This document shows, one piece after another, positions 10,260-19,028 of a DNA stretch of 64,000 bases (positions within the stretch are counted from its first letter, which is position 1; each line of letters opens with the position of its first letter). The position numbers and the translations under genes were made by a program. Source of the stretch: an uncultured Lachnospiraceae bacterium (lineage in GTDB: Bacteria > Bacillota > Clostridia > Lachnospirales > Lachnospiraceae); NCBI GenBank assembly GCA_964425595.1, contig CAYRMW010000002.1:9368-73367 (forward strand). The letters run 5' to 3'. The notes beneath the pieces are model-generated. The model worked only from the letters and a program-made list of their open reading frames with translations. It searched no databases and was not told the origin of the DNA.

Positions 10260-11978
10260 ATGAAAAAGCAGTGGTGGCAGAATAAGACGGCATATCAGAT
10301 CTATCCGAAAAGCTTTTATGATTCCAATGGAGACGGCATCGGCGATCTTCCGGGGATCCTGGAAAAGCTGGACTACCTGCATGATCTTGGCGTGGATATT
10401 CTGTGGCTTTCGCCCATTTATCAGTCGCCCCTGGCAGACCAGGGATACGACATTTCGGATTATTATAAGATCGATCCCCGATTTGGCACCATGGAGGATA
10501 TGGAGCGGCTGATTAGGGAGGCGAAGCGCCGGGACATGTATATCCTGATGGATCTGGTGGTGAACCATTGTTCGGATGAGCACGAATGGTTTCAGAAGGC
10601 GATGGCGGATCCGGAAGGCGAGTATGGCAACTTTTTTTACCTGGCCGAGCAGAAGGACGGACGCCCCTGCAACTGGCGTTCGTATTTCGGGGGTTCCGTC
10701 TGGGAACCCCTCCCCGGCACGGACAAACAGTACCTGCACATGTTCCACAAAAAGCAGCCGGATCTTAACTGGGAGAATCCCCGGGTGCGTCAGGAGATTT
10801 ATAAGAACATTAACTGGTGGCTGGAAAAGGGGCTGGCCGGATTCCGCATTGATGCCATTATCAACATCAAGAAAGCGCTTCCCATGCGGGATTATCCGGC
10901 GGACCGCGACGACGGTCTGTGCGCGCCTGATGTGATGCTTTCACATGCGGAGGGGGTCGGCGAATTTTTAAAAGAGATGCGGGATGAAACTTTCCGCAAA
11001 TACGATGCCTTTACTGTGGGCGAGGTCTTTAATGAAAAGCCGGGGGAGCTGGCGCTGTTTATCGGGGATGACGGCTATTTTTCCACGATGTTTGACTTTA
11101 ATGAACATCTCATCGGCCAGGACCCGAGGGGGGCCTACGCGGCTGAAGCGGTGACTGCGGAACAGTACAAGGAAGCCTGCTTTAAGGCACAGGAGGCGAT
11201 CGGCGATATCGGATTTTATTCGACGCTGATTGAAAACCACGATGAGCCCAGAGGGGTCAGCCGTTTCCTTCCCGAGGGCCAGGTGTGCGAGGCGGGGAAA
11301 AAGATGCTGGCTGGCCTGTACTTTATGCTTCGGGGCCTTCCTTTTATCTATCAGGGGCAGGAGATCGGCATGGAGAATGTGGCGTTCTCTTCTATCGACC
11401 AGGTAGATGACATCTCGACCAAAGCGGAGTATCAGACCGCGCTGGCCGCGGGGCTTTCGCCTGAAAAAGCCCTGGCTGCCGTAGCCAAAAGCAGTCGGGA
11501 CAATGCCAGGACGCCCATGCAATGGGATGATACGCCGCATGCCGGATTCACCGCAGGACAGCCGTGGCTTAGGGAAAATCCAAATTACGCGCGGATCAAT
11601 GTAAAGGAACAGCTGGGCCGGAAGGATTCGGTGCTGGAATTTTACCGGAGCCTGATCCGGCTCAGAAAGGATGCCGAGTACCAGGAAACGGTGGTCTACG
11701 GTTCCTTTGAGCCGTATTTAAGAGAACAGAAAAATCTCATGGCTTACTTCCGGCGGGGAGACGCAAAGACCCTTCTGGTGATGGGAAACTTCCAGAAGGA
11801 TGCGCAGAAAGTCCGGCTTCCGGGGACGGTCAGACGCGTGCTGCTTAACAATCAGGATTCCTGGGAAGAAGATAACGGCACGGTGTGGCTGCGCGGATGG
11901 CAGTTTGCGGTGTTGGAGATGCAGGGCGCCGGTCCCGGTGCGAAGGACGTCTCTTCGCCTGCTTGCCCTGTCCGTTAA
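10260..11978 (+). CDS. GH13 oligo-1,6-glucosidase / alpha-glucosidase
   Basis: MKKQWWQNKTAYQIYPKSFYDSNGDGIGDL.. All four GH13 motifs are intact: DLVVNH, GFRIDAI, GEVF, ENHDEPR. Confidence 0.9.
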   Translation: MKKQWWQNKTAYQIYPKSFYDSNGDGIGDLPGILEKLDYLHDLGVDILWLSPIYQSPLADQGYDISDYYKIDPRFGTMEDMERLIREAKRRDMYILMDLVVNHCSDEHEWFQKAMADPEGEYGNFFYLAEQKDGRPCNWRSYFGGSVWEPLPGTDKQYLHMFHKKQPDLNWENPRVRQEIYKNINWWLEKGLAGFRIDAIINIKKALPMRDYPADRDDGLCAPDVMLSHAEGVGEFLKEMRDETFRKYDAFTVGEVFNEKPGELALFIGDDGYFSTMFDFNEHLIGQDPRGAYAAEAVTAEQYKEACFKAQEAIGDIGFYSTLIENHDEPRGVSRFLPEGQVCEAGKKMLAGLYFMLRGLPFIYQGQEIGMENVAFSSIDQVDDISTKAEYQTALAAGLSPEKALAAVAKSSRDNARTPMQWDDTPHAGFTAGQPWLRENPNYARINVKEQLGRKDSVLEFYRSLIRLRKDAEYQETVVYGSFEPYLREQKNLMAYFRRGDAKTLLVMGNFQKDAQKVRLPGTVRRVLLNNQDSWEEDNGTVWLRGWQFAVLEMQGAGPGAKDVSSPACPVR

Positions 11979-12013
11979 CGGCCTGCCGGGTGTGAAGGTT
12001 TTTCGATATGGCA

Positions 12014-12042
12014 TTGATTATTTCAGGATGATGTAATAGAAT
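12014..12042 (+). promoter_or_regulatory. sigma-A type promoter (TTGATT-17-TAGAAT)
   Basis: -35 TTGATT at 12014-12019, a 17-nt spacer, and -10 TAGAAT at 12037-12042. The predicted TSS lies downstream of the ORF-track GTG at 12044, which supports ATG 12083 as the start. Confidence 0.5.
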
Positions 12043-12082
12043 AGTGGGGAATTTTAGTCTAGGAAAGGATGTAAACGTTAGA

Positions 12083-12904
12083 ATGAATAACTGGTTAGAT
12101 AGCCTGAAGGTGATCTTAAAGGGGGCCTGGATCGGCGGCACCATGATGATCCCCGGTGTCAGCGGCGGCACCATGGCCATCATTATGGGGGTTTATGATC
12201 ATCTTCTGGGCGCAGTCAATTCTCTGCTTACGAACAAGGAAAAACGCGTGGAGAATTTGATCTTCCTGATCAAATTCTGTATTGGTGGAGGATTGGGCAT
12301 TCTTCTGGTGGCAAGACCGTTTTCCCTGCTGTTAGAGATGTTCCCCATGCCGGTCACCTGGTTTTTCCTGGGGGCGGTAGCGGGAGGCATCCCGATGATC
12401 TACAAAAAATCCGGGCAGCGTCTGCTTTCCGTTAAAGGGATCGCCTATGTGGCGGCGGGGATGCTGGTACTGCTGTTGTTTACCTTTGCCCAGAATCAGC
12501 TGACTGCGTCGGACGGCGGACAGATCAGCGGATTTGCCGGACTGTTTGTGGCTGGGGTGATCTCTTCGGCGGCGCTGATCCTTCCGGGGATCAGTGTTTC
12601 CTATTTCCTCCTCATCCTTGGACTGTATGAGCCGATCCTTGCGGCGATCCAGACGCTGGATATTTTGTATCTTCTTCCCCTGGGTTTCGGCGTACTCATC
12701 GGCATCTTTGCCGTTTCCGGGATCCTGGAAGCATGGATGCGGCGCTATCCGGCCTGCGCGTACCTGATGATCCTGGGCTTTGTCCTGATTTCCTTGGAGG
12801 AGATCAATCCCGGACTTCCCACCGGCATCGAGATCCCGATCTGCATCGTTACCTGCGCGGCCGGCTTTGCCTTCCTCTACTGGATGTCGACGAAGGAAGA
12901 CTGA
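12083..12904 (+). CDS. DUF368 family membrane protein (family implicated in undecaprenyl-phosphate recycling)
   Basis: ..GAWIGGTMMIPGVSGGTMAIIMGVYDHLL.. is the DUF368 signature. Polytopic membrane protein. Confidence 0.8.
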   Translation: MNNWLDSLKVILKGAWIGGTMMIPGVSGGTMAIIMGVYDHLLGAVNSLLTNKEKRVENLIFLIKFCIGGGLGILLVARPFSLLLEMFPMPVTWFFLGAVAGGIPMIYKKSGQRLLSVKGIAYVAAGMLVLLLFTFAQNQLTASDGGQISGFAGLFVAGVISSAALILPGISVSYFLLILGLYEPILAAIQTLDILYLLPLGFGVLIGIFAVSGILEAWMRRYPACAYLMILGFVLISLEEINPGLPTGIEIPICIVTCAAGFAFLYWMSTKED

Positions 12905-12954
12905 GAGAACGGCGTTACGGTTCCGGAAGCGGAGAAAGCCGGGAAGCGGGGGTA

Positions 12955-12968
12955 TGTAAGCACTTACA
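12955..12968. promoter_or_regulatory. cre-like / LacI-type palindromic operator TGTAAGCACTTACA
   Basis: One mismatch to the cre consensus TGWAANCGNTNWCA. Lies 19 bp upstream of the uxaB -35. Confidence 0.5.
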
Positions 12969-12986
12969 AAAAAATCGCCAAAAGTA

Positions 12987-13015
12987 TTGATTTTATTGTT
13001 GCGATGTAGTATAGT
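12987..13015 (+). promoter_or_regulatory. sigma-A type promoter of uxaB (TTGATT-17-TATAGT)
   Basis: -35 at 12987-12992, a 17-nt spacer, and -10 at 13010-13015. Confidence 0.55.
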
Positions 13016-13054
13016 AGCCGTAGAAAAACAAAGGCCCCGATGTATATGGGGGAT

Positions 13055-13068
13055 TGTAAGGGCTTACA
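13055..13068. promoter_or_regulatory. cre-like / LacI-type palindromic operator TGTAAGGGCTTACA
   Basis: Second copy of TGTAAG-NN-CTTACA(AAAA), exactly 100 bp from the first, in the uxaB 5' UTR. Confidence 0.5.
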
Positions 13069-13092
13069 AAAACAAGATGGAGGTAGCGAAAG

Positions 13093-14433
13093 ATGAGCGC
13101 ACAGGTAAAGGAAACGGTGATTCAGTTCGGCGAGGGCGGATTCCTGCGTGGATTTGTGGATTATTTCTTCCATAAGCTGAGAGAAAAGGGACTGTACGAT
13201 GGAAAGATCGTTGTCGTACAGCCGATTGAGAGAGGCATGTGCCAGATGCTGGCGGATCAGAACTGCGAATACAATCTGTTCCTCCGGGGCATCGAGAACG
13301 GCCAGGTTGTGAATGAGCACACCCATGTAACTTCGATTTCCAGAGCACTGAATCCGTATACCCAGTACGAGGAGTATATCGCGCTGGCCGAGAACCCGGA
13401 CTTAAGAGTGCTGGTATCAAATACCACGGAGGCCGGCATCGAGTATCTGGGGACGGAGAAGCTGACCGACACTCCGCCGAAGTCCTACCCGGCTAAGCTG
13501 ACGCAGTTTCTGTACAGGCGGTTCCAGGCCGGCCTGAAGGGACTGATCCTGCTTCCCTGTGAGCTGATCGATAACAACGCGGACAACTTAAAGGCCTGTG
13601 TGTTAAAATATGTCGATCTGTGGGGACTGGGCGACGATTTCAAAAACTGGATCGAGACGGAGAACGACTTCTGCAATACGCTGGTAGACCGTATCGTAAC
13701 CGGCTATCCGAAGGATGAGGTTGAGGAATTAACCAAGCAGATCGGTTACACCGATAACCTGATCGATACCGCGGAGATCTTCCATTTGTGGGTGATCGGC
13801 GGACATCACGAGGATGAGCTTCCGTTTAACAAGGCCGGATACAATATTGTCTGGACCGACGATGTCAAGCCCTACAAGAAGAGAAAAGTGCGTATCTTAA
13901 ACGGCGGACATACCTCCATGGTCCTGGGCGCGTACCTGTACGGCCTGGAGACGGTGGGCGAGTGCCTGAAGGATGAGACGGTGAGCGCGTACTTAAAGAA
14001 GTGCCTCTTCGACGAGATCGTTCCGACCCTGGGCAATACCGAGACGGACATTAAGTTCGCGCAGGATGTGCTGGAGCGCTTCTCCAATCCGTTCATCAAG
14101 CACATGCTGTTAAGCATCGCATTAAACTCCGTAAGCAAGTTCCAGGTGCGTGTACTGCCCACCATTCTGGAGTACAAGGAGAAGTTCGGCAAGTATCCGG
14201 CAGCATTGACGTTCTCGATGGCCAGCCTGATCGCCTTCTATCGCACGGATAAGGCGAACGACGGCGAGGAGATCATGAATTTCATGAAGACCGCTTCCAT
14301 GGAAGAGATCATGAAGAGAGAGGATTACTGGCATGCGGATCTGACGGAGATGATCCCGTTAGTACAGAACTACTATGATCTGATCCAGGAGAAGGGCATG
14401 GCAGAGGCTTACAAGGCGGTTCTGGCTGAGTAA
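13093..14433 (+). CDS. uxaB: tagaturonate reductase (altronate oxidoreductase)
   Basis: Collinear similarity to E. coli UxaB as I recall it: IQFGEGGFLRGFVD, NTTEAGI, SYPAKLTQFLYRRF, PCELIDNN, CNTLVDRIVTGYPKDE, KPYKKRKVRILNGGHT, NPFIKHMLLSIALN. Confidence 0.9.
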   Translation: MSAQVKETVIQFGEGGFLRGFVDYFFHKLREKGLYDGKIVVVQPIERGMCQMLADQNCEYNLFLRGIENGQVVNEHTHVTSISRALNPYTQYEEYIALAENPDLRVLVSNTTEAGIEYLGTEKLTDTPPKSYPAKLTQFLYRRFQAGLKGLILLPCELIDNNADNLKACVLKYVDLWGLGDDFKNWIETENDFCNTLVDRIVTGYPKDEVEELTKQIGYTDNLIDTAEIFHLWVIGGHHEDELPFNKAGYNIVWTDDVKPYKKRKVRILNGGHTSMVLGAYLYGLETVGECLKDETVSAYLKKCLFDEIVPTLGNTETDIKFAQDVLERFSNPFIKHMLLSIALNSVSKFQVRVLPTILEYKEKFGKYPAALTFSMASLIAFYRTDKANDGEEIMNFMKTASMEEIMKREDYWHADLTEMIPLVQNYYDLIQEKGMAEAYKAVLAE

Positions 14434-14472
14434 TACGCACAGAGCTGCCGGAAACAGATGGTCTGAAATAAG

Positions 14473-14506
14473 GAGCCGGTGTGATTCGGATGAGTCACAC
14501 CGGCTC
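14473..14506 (+). terminator. hairpin terminator after uxaB
   Basis: GAGCCGGTGTGA (14473-14484) pairs with TCACACCGGCTC (14495-14506). The T-tail is weak (TTGGACTTTCC). Confidence 0.5.
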
Positions 14507-14517
14507 TTGGACTTTCC

Positions 14518-14546
14518 TTGACAATCTGCCGTTCCCGTGATATTCT
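14518..14546 (+). promoter_or_regulatory. sigma-A type promoter of queT (TTGACA-17-TATTCT)
   Basis: Consensus -35 TTGACA at 14518-14523, a 17-nt spacer, and -10 TATTCT at 14541-14546. Confidence 0.6.
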
Positions 14547-14618
14547 TAGAGACGCAAAAAAAGCCCGTAAAATAAGGTCTTTACGGGCATGCCGCCGATT
14601 CCCGGCGTAAAATGAATC

Positions 14619-14664
14619 GAGTGTTCGAGACCTTCCACTCGTAAAACAAAACTAAAGGGAGAGA
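14619..14664 (+). promoter_or_regulatory. preQ1-I riboswitch (translational, occludes the SD)
   Basis: GAGUG-UUCGAGACCUUC-CACUC-GUAAAACAAAACUAAAGGGAG. This is a 5-bp P1, a UUC..AG loop and an A-rich ..AAAACUAAAGG tail, as in the Bacillus and Thermoanaerobacter preQ1-I aptamers. Loop CCUU can pair with the AAGG of the SD. It sits immediately upstream of queT. Confidence 0.8.
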
Positions 14665-14667
14665 AAA

Positions 14668-15180
14668 ATGAACAGAGAAAAGAACAAAAACGTACACTTT
14701 ATGGCGCAGGCATCGATGATTGCGGCGATCTACACGGCGCTTACCCTGGCGCTGTCACCGATCTCTTACGGACCGGTGCAGTTCAGAATCTCGGAAGCGC
14801 TGTGCATCCTGCCGTACTTTACCCCGGCGGCAGTCCCGGGGTTGTTTCTGGGATGTCTGATCTCCAACGGCGTTGGCGCGGCGATGGGCACGACGGTTGT
14901 CCTGGATATGATTTTTGGCAGCCTGGCCACACTGATCGGGGCGGTGGGTTCCCGGGCGCTGCGCAAACATCGCAGGCTGGTGTGTGTCCCGCCGATCGTA
15001 TCGAATACGATCATTGTGCCGTGGGTGCTTCGCTATGCCTACGGATCCGCCGATCTGATCCCGTTTATGATGCTTACCGTAGGGATCGGGGAGATACTGG
15101 CCGTAGGTGTGCTTGGAAATATCCTCCTTCTGATGCTGGAGCGCTATAAGGGGCGCATTTTCAGACCGATGGCGGTATAG
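14668..15180 (+). CDS. queT: queuosine precursor transporter QueT
   Basis: 170-aa membrane protein (..MAQASMIAAIYTALTLALSPISYGPVQFRISEALCILPYF..) of the QueT/COG4708 type, preceded by a preQ1 riboswitch. Confidence 0.85.
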   Translation: MNREKNKNVHFMAQASMIAAIYTALTLALSPISYGPVQFRISEALCILPYFTPAAVPGLFLGCLISNGVGAAMGTTVVLDMIFGSLATLIGAVGSRALRKHRRLVCVPPIVSNTIIVPWVLRYAYGSADLIPFMMLTVGIGEILAVGVLGNILLLMLERYKGRIFRPMAV

Positions 15181-15217
15181 GCCGGGAGGACGCAAACAGG
15201 ATAAAGCTCGGAGGAAG

Positions 15218-15258
15218 GGCAGAGAATCCAGGGAAGGTATGGATTTTCTGCCTTTTTT
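15218..15258 (+). terminator. rho-independent terminator after queT
   Basis: GGCAGAGAATCCA (15218-15230) pairs with TGGATTTTCTGCC (15240-15252), followed by TTTTTT (15253-15258). Confidence 0.75.
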
Positions 15259-15330
15259 GATGTATACTTAACGGGACGAACGGCCTGTCCGGCGGCAGGC
15301 GATAAAGCAAGCAGAAAATGGAGAAAAATA

Positions 15331-16713
15331 ATGGATCAGATAGATTTTAAGACACCACAGAATGTATATTTTATCGGAATCGGCGGCATCAGCATGAGCG
15401 GCCTCGCGGAGATCCTTTCAAATGAAGGGTTCCGGGTGTCCGGTTCGGATATGCATCGCTCCGCGCTGACGGATCGGCTGGAGGAAAAGGGGATCCGTGT
15501 AGAGTACGGACAGCGGGCGGAAAATATCCGCGATGATATCGATGTGGTGGTTTACACGGCCGCCATCCATCCGGATAATCCGGAATTCCAGGCGGCGAAG
15601 GCGAAAGGGATTCCCATGATAGCTCGGGCGGATCTCCTGGGAGAAATGATGCGCAATTACCGGAACGCGGTGAATATCGCCGGAACGCATGGAAAGACGA
15701 CGACCACCTCCATGCTGACAGAGATTTTGCTGGCGGCGGAAGCGGATCCGACGATCACGGTGGGCGGGATCCTTCCGGCGATCAACGGCAATATCCGGGT
15801 GGGCGGCTCGGAATTTTTCGTGTCCGAGGCCTGCGAGTATACCAACAGTTTTCTGTCCTTTTTTCCGACGATGGAGATCATTTTGAATATCGAGGCGGAT
15901 CATCTGGATTTCTTTAAGGATCTGGAGGATATCCGCCATTCTTTCCGGCTTTTCGCGGAGAAGCTGGATGAGAAAGGGGTTTTGATCATAAACCGGGATA
16001 TTGAGCGGCTGGAGGAGATTACGGAAGGGCTCCCCTGCCGGGTCATCACGTTCGGGAAGGAGCCGGAGAGGAGCACCTACAGCGCGGCGGATATCGTTCT
16101 GGACGAACGGGCGAGGGCTTCGTATACCCTCCTGGTGGAGGGAAAGCCGCGGGGAACCATCACGCTTGGCGTGCCGGGCATCCATAATGTATACAATTCT
16201 CTGTCCGCGGTTGCGGCGGCGACGGAGCTCGGCGTCCCTATGGATAAGATACAGGCCGGCCTGCGCCATTTTACCGGAACGAACCGGCGTTTTGAAAAGA
16301 AGGGGGAGATCGGCGGAGTGACGATAATCGATGATTACGCGCATCATCCGCAGGAGATCCTGGCCACGCTGGCGACGGCGAAGCGCTGCCCGCACGAAAA
16401 GCTCTGGTGTGTCTTCCAGCCGCATACCTATACCCGGACGGCGGCGCTTCTGGACGACTTTGCCCGGGCGCTTCTGGAGGCGGACGAGGTCATCCTGGCG
16501 GATATTTACGCCGCCCGGGAGGTGAATACCGTCGGCGTCAGCTCAGCGGATCTGGTTGAGCGCATCCGCGCGGCGGGGGGGAAGGCGCACTATATTCCTT
16601 CATTTGATGATATTGAAACCTTTATTCTGGCAAACTGCGTCCCCGGGGATATGTTGATAACTATGGGTGCCGGAGATATCGTAAAAGTGGGCGAAAAGCT
16701 CCTTGGCATGTAA
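15331..16713 (+). CDS. murC: UDP-N-acetylmuramate--L-alanine ligase
   Basis: ..VYFIGIGGISMSGLAEIL..GFRVSGSD.. and ..AGTHGKTTTTSML.. are Mur ligase motifs. The length of 460 aa fits. Confidence 0.95.
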   Translation: MDQIDFKTPQNVYFIGIGGISMSGLAEILSNEGFRVSGSDMHRSALTDRLEEKGIRVEYGQRAENIRDDIDVVVYTAAIHPDNPEFQAAKAKGIPMIARADLLGEMMRNYRNAVNIAGTHGKTTTTSMLTEILLAAEADPTITVGGILPAINGNIRVGGSEFFVSEACEYTNSFLSFFPTMEIILNIEADHLDFFKDLEDIRHSFRLFAEKLDEKGVLIINRDIERLEEITEGLPCRVITFGKEPERSTYSAADIVLDERARASYTLLVEGKPRGTITLGVPGIHNVYNSLSAVAAATELGVPMDKIQAGLRHFTGTNRRFEKKGEIGGVTIIDDYAHHPQEILATLATAKRCPHEKLWCVFQPHTYTRTAALLDDFARALLEADEVILADIYAAREVNTVGVSSADLVERIRAAGGKAHYIPSFDDIETFILANCVPGDMLITMGAGDIVKVGEKLLGM

Positions 16714-16714
16714 G

Positions 16715-16913
16715 TTATCCACAATATCCACAAAGTTTTCAACATTTTATGTAAAGAAATCCTGTGGATGGTTTTGTTCACATAAAAAGTTCGCTGACAA
16801 TTTGGAAAAGCCTTGATTTTCCTTGCTTTCGGCCGGTTTTCTTCTCTTTTTGGCGGGTAATCCACCAGATTATCCACATTATCCACAATACCCACAGCCA
16901 CATCTGTGGATAA
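16715..16913. promoter_or_regulatory. DnaA-box cluster (4 perfect, 1 one-mismatch and 4 two-mismatch boxes)
   Basis: Perfect TTATCCACA at 16715-16723, 16870-16878 and 16879-16887, and on the minus strand at 16905-16913. ATATCCACA at 16724-16732. Two-mismatch boxes at 16763-16771 (minus), 16774-16782, 16858-16866 and 16888-16896. Confidence 0.75.
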
Positions 16914-16974
16914 CCGGAGGAAATTCCTTTTCCTGAAGGCGGTGGAAGCAGGCAAAGCAGAAAGGATGAAGGGC

Positions 16975-17979
16975 ATGGAGTGGGATTTTAACGGTCAGTT
17001 TCAGATCGACGCGACGCTGGTGCCGAATCGTTTTATCGACCAGTATATGGCCGGGGCCAGCGGCGAGTATGTCAAGATCTATCTGTACCTTCTGCGCCAC
17101 CGCGACAGGCTCCCGGATGAAGCCCGGACGGCGGAGGATCTCCACTGTACGGAAGGGGATGTGCGGCGTGCCATCGCTTACTGGCAGAAGGCCGGCGTGT
17201 TTACGTCGCCGGCGGGAAAAGAGCGGGACAAAGACGGGACGGACGATGCACCAGGAAGGGAAAACCCGCCGGCGCCAACGCGCACTTCACGGGACTATCC
17301 TTCGGAGAACATGGGACGTCTTTCCGCGGATGAGGATTTTACGCAGCTTCTTTATATCGCGCAGAAATACATGAACAAGGTCTTTACCCAGCGGGAGTGC
17401 CAGGTATTTGGTTATCTGTACGACGAGCTGAAGCTTTCGGCGGAGCTTCTGGAATACCTCGTGGAATACTGCGTGCAAAACGGACATACCAGCATCCGGT
17501 ACATGGAGACGGTAGCTTTGAACTGGCATCAGCGGGGGCTGCGCACGGTGGAGGAGGCCAGGGCCTGCAGCGCCGGCTTCCAGAAGGATTATTTTGCGGT
17601 GATGAAGGCGTTTGGCCTGACGGATCGGAGGCCGGCAGAGGCGGAAAAGCGTTTTATGGAGAACTGGTTCGGCGCGTGGGGATTTACCCGGGAAGTGGTG
17701 GTGGAGGCCTGCAACCGGACGATCGAGGCGACGCACAGCCCCAGCTTTAAATACGCGGACAAGATCCTTGCCCAGTGGAAAAAGGCCGGGGTCAGGAATC
17801 TTTCCGATGTGGAGGAGCTGGATATGATCCGCCGCAGCCAGGAACGGCAGAAAGACGGCAAGGGGACGAAGGCTTCCGGAACGCGAAACACCGCTAACCG
17901 GTTCCACAATTTTCAGCAGAGCGCGACGGATTATGATTCGCTGATGATGGAGAAGGTGCGGGCCAGGATGAAAGAATGA
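16975..17979 (+). CDS. DnaD-domain replication initiation / helicase-loading protein (DnaD/DnaB-like)
   Basis: ..EYVKIYLYLLRH.. winged-helix-like N-terminus. DnaD-type repeats (..FTQRECQVFGYLYDELKLSAELLEYLVEYCVQNGHTSIRYMETVALNWHQRG.. and ..VVVEACNRTIEATHSPSFKYADKILAQWKKAGV..). The start is ambiguous (ATG 16966 or 16975, with AAAGGA at 16961-16966). The ORF-track GTG at 16906 lies inside a DnaA box. Confidence 0.75.
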   Translation: MEWDFNGQFQIDATLVPNRFIDQYMAGASGEYVKIYLYLLRHRDRLPDEARTAEDLHCTEGDVRRAIAYWQKAGVFTSPAGKERDKDGTDDAPGRENPPAPTRTSRDYPSENMGRLSADEDFTQLLYIAQKYMNKVFTQRECQVFGYLYDELKLSAELLEYLVEYCVQNGHTSIRYMETVALNWHQRGLRTVEEARACSAGFQKDYFAVMKAFGLTDRRPAEAEKRFMENWFGAWGFTREVVVEACNRTIEATHSPSFKYADKILAQWKKAGVRNLSDVEELDMIRRSQERQKDGKGTKASGTRNTANRFHNFQQSATDYDSLMMEKVRARMKE

Positions 17980-18047
17980 GCCGGCATGCGCGGCGGGCTG
18001 CCGCGTGAGCGCGTGGCGGGCTTTGAGAAAGAGGAGCGGACAGAGAC

Positions 18048-19028
18048 ATGGCGTTGAGCAATTCGCAGTATCAGGAGATCATGCGGGAGTATCAGGCCCG
18101 CCAGCTGGAAAATAAACATGAACAGGATGAGCGGGTCCGGGAAGTTTACCAGGCCCTTCCGGCGGTGCGGGAATTAGACCAGGCGGTCAGCAGCTGCGCC
18201 GTGCGCCGCGCGAAGGAGCTGTTAAACGGCGATGAGCAGGCGTTAAAGCGGCTGCGGGAGGAAATACGGGATCTGCGGGAGCAAAAGACCATCCTTTTGG
18301 CTTCCCGCGGGTATCCGGCGGATTATATGGAGATGCGCTACCGCTGCCCGGACTGTAAGGATACCGGCTACACGGAGGACGGCAGGAAATGCCACTGCTT
18401 CCGCAGGGCGCAGATCCGTCTCCTGTATGCCCAGTCTAATCTGGAAACGATCCTGAAACGGGAGAATTTCGACACGTTTTCCTTCCGGTATTTTGATGAT
18501 ACCCGCATTGAGCCGTCGGTGGGGACCACGGTGGCGCGCTACATGAAGAAGGTTTACGGCTGGTGCCGGGATTTCGCGGATCACTTCGATGAGAAGGGCG
18601 GGAACCTCCTTTTTACCGGAACGACGGGGAGAGGGAAGACCTTTCTGACAAACTGCATCGCCAAGGCGCTTCTGGATTCATATCATTCGGTGATCTATCT
18701 GTCGGCCCATGACCTGTTCGAAGTGTTTTCCAGGAACCGGTTTGATCACCAGACGGAGGAAGAGATGAAGGATATGTATCAGTTCATCCTGGAATGTGAT
18801 CTTCTGATCATTGACGATCTGGGGACAGAACTGAACAACAGCTTTACCTCTTCCCAGTTATTTTTTTGTATGAACCAGAGGCTGCTGAGCGGCCGTTCTA
18901 CCATTATCTCCACGAACCTGTCCTTAGACCGGCTCAGGGATGAGTATACAGACCGGGTCACTTCCCGGATCATGAGCAATTATACGGTGATCCCGCTGTA
19001 CGGCGAGGATATCCGGCTCAGGATCTGA
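18048..19028 (+). CDS. DnaI/DnaC-like helicase loader AAA+ ATPase
   Basis: Zn-ribbon-like CPDCKDTGY..CHC, Walker A GTTGRGKTF and Walker B LLIIDDLGTE. It follows the DnaD-like gene. Confidence 0.85.
   Translation: MALSNSQYQEIMREYQARQLENKHEQDERVREVYQALPAVRELDQAVSSCAVRRAKELLNGDEQALKRLREEIRDLREQKTILLASRGYPADYMEMRYRCPDCKDTGYTEDGRKCHCFRRAQIRLLYAQSNLETILKRENFDTFSFRYFDDTRIEPSVGTTVARYMKKVYGWCRDFADHFDEKGGNLLFTGTTGRGKTFLTNCIAKALLDSYHSVIYLSAHDLFEVFSRNRFDHQTEEEMKDMYQFILECDLLIIDDLGTELNNSFTSSQLFFCMNQRLLSGRSTIISTNLSLDRLRDEYTDRVTSRIMSNYTVIPLYGEDIRLRI

Noticed and set aside
16715-16913. Interpretation of the DnaA-box cluster as the chromosomal origin oriC.
   Set aside because: No dnaA, dnaN, rpmH or gyrB genes are nearby, and I found no obvious long AT-rich unwinding element or DnaA-trio array. 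The flanking genes are murC and helicase-loader genes. I kept it as a secondary DnaA-binding or regulatory locus. Only whole-genome context can settle this.
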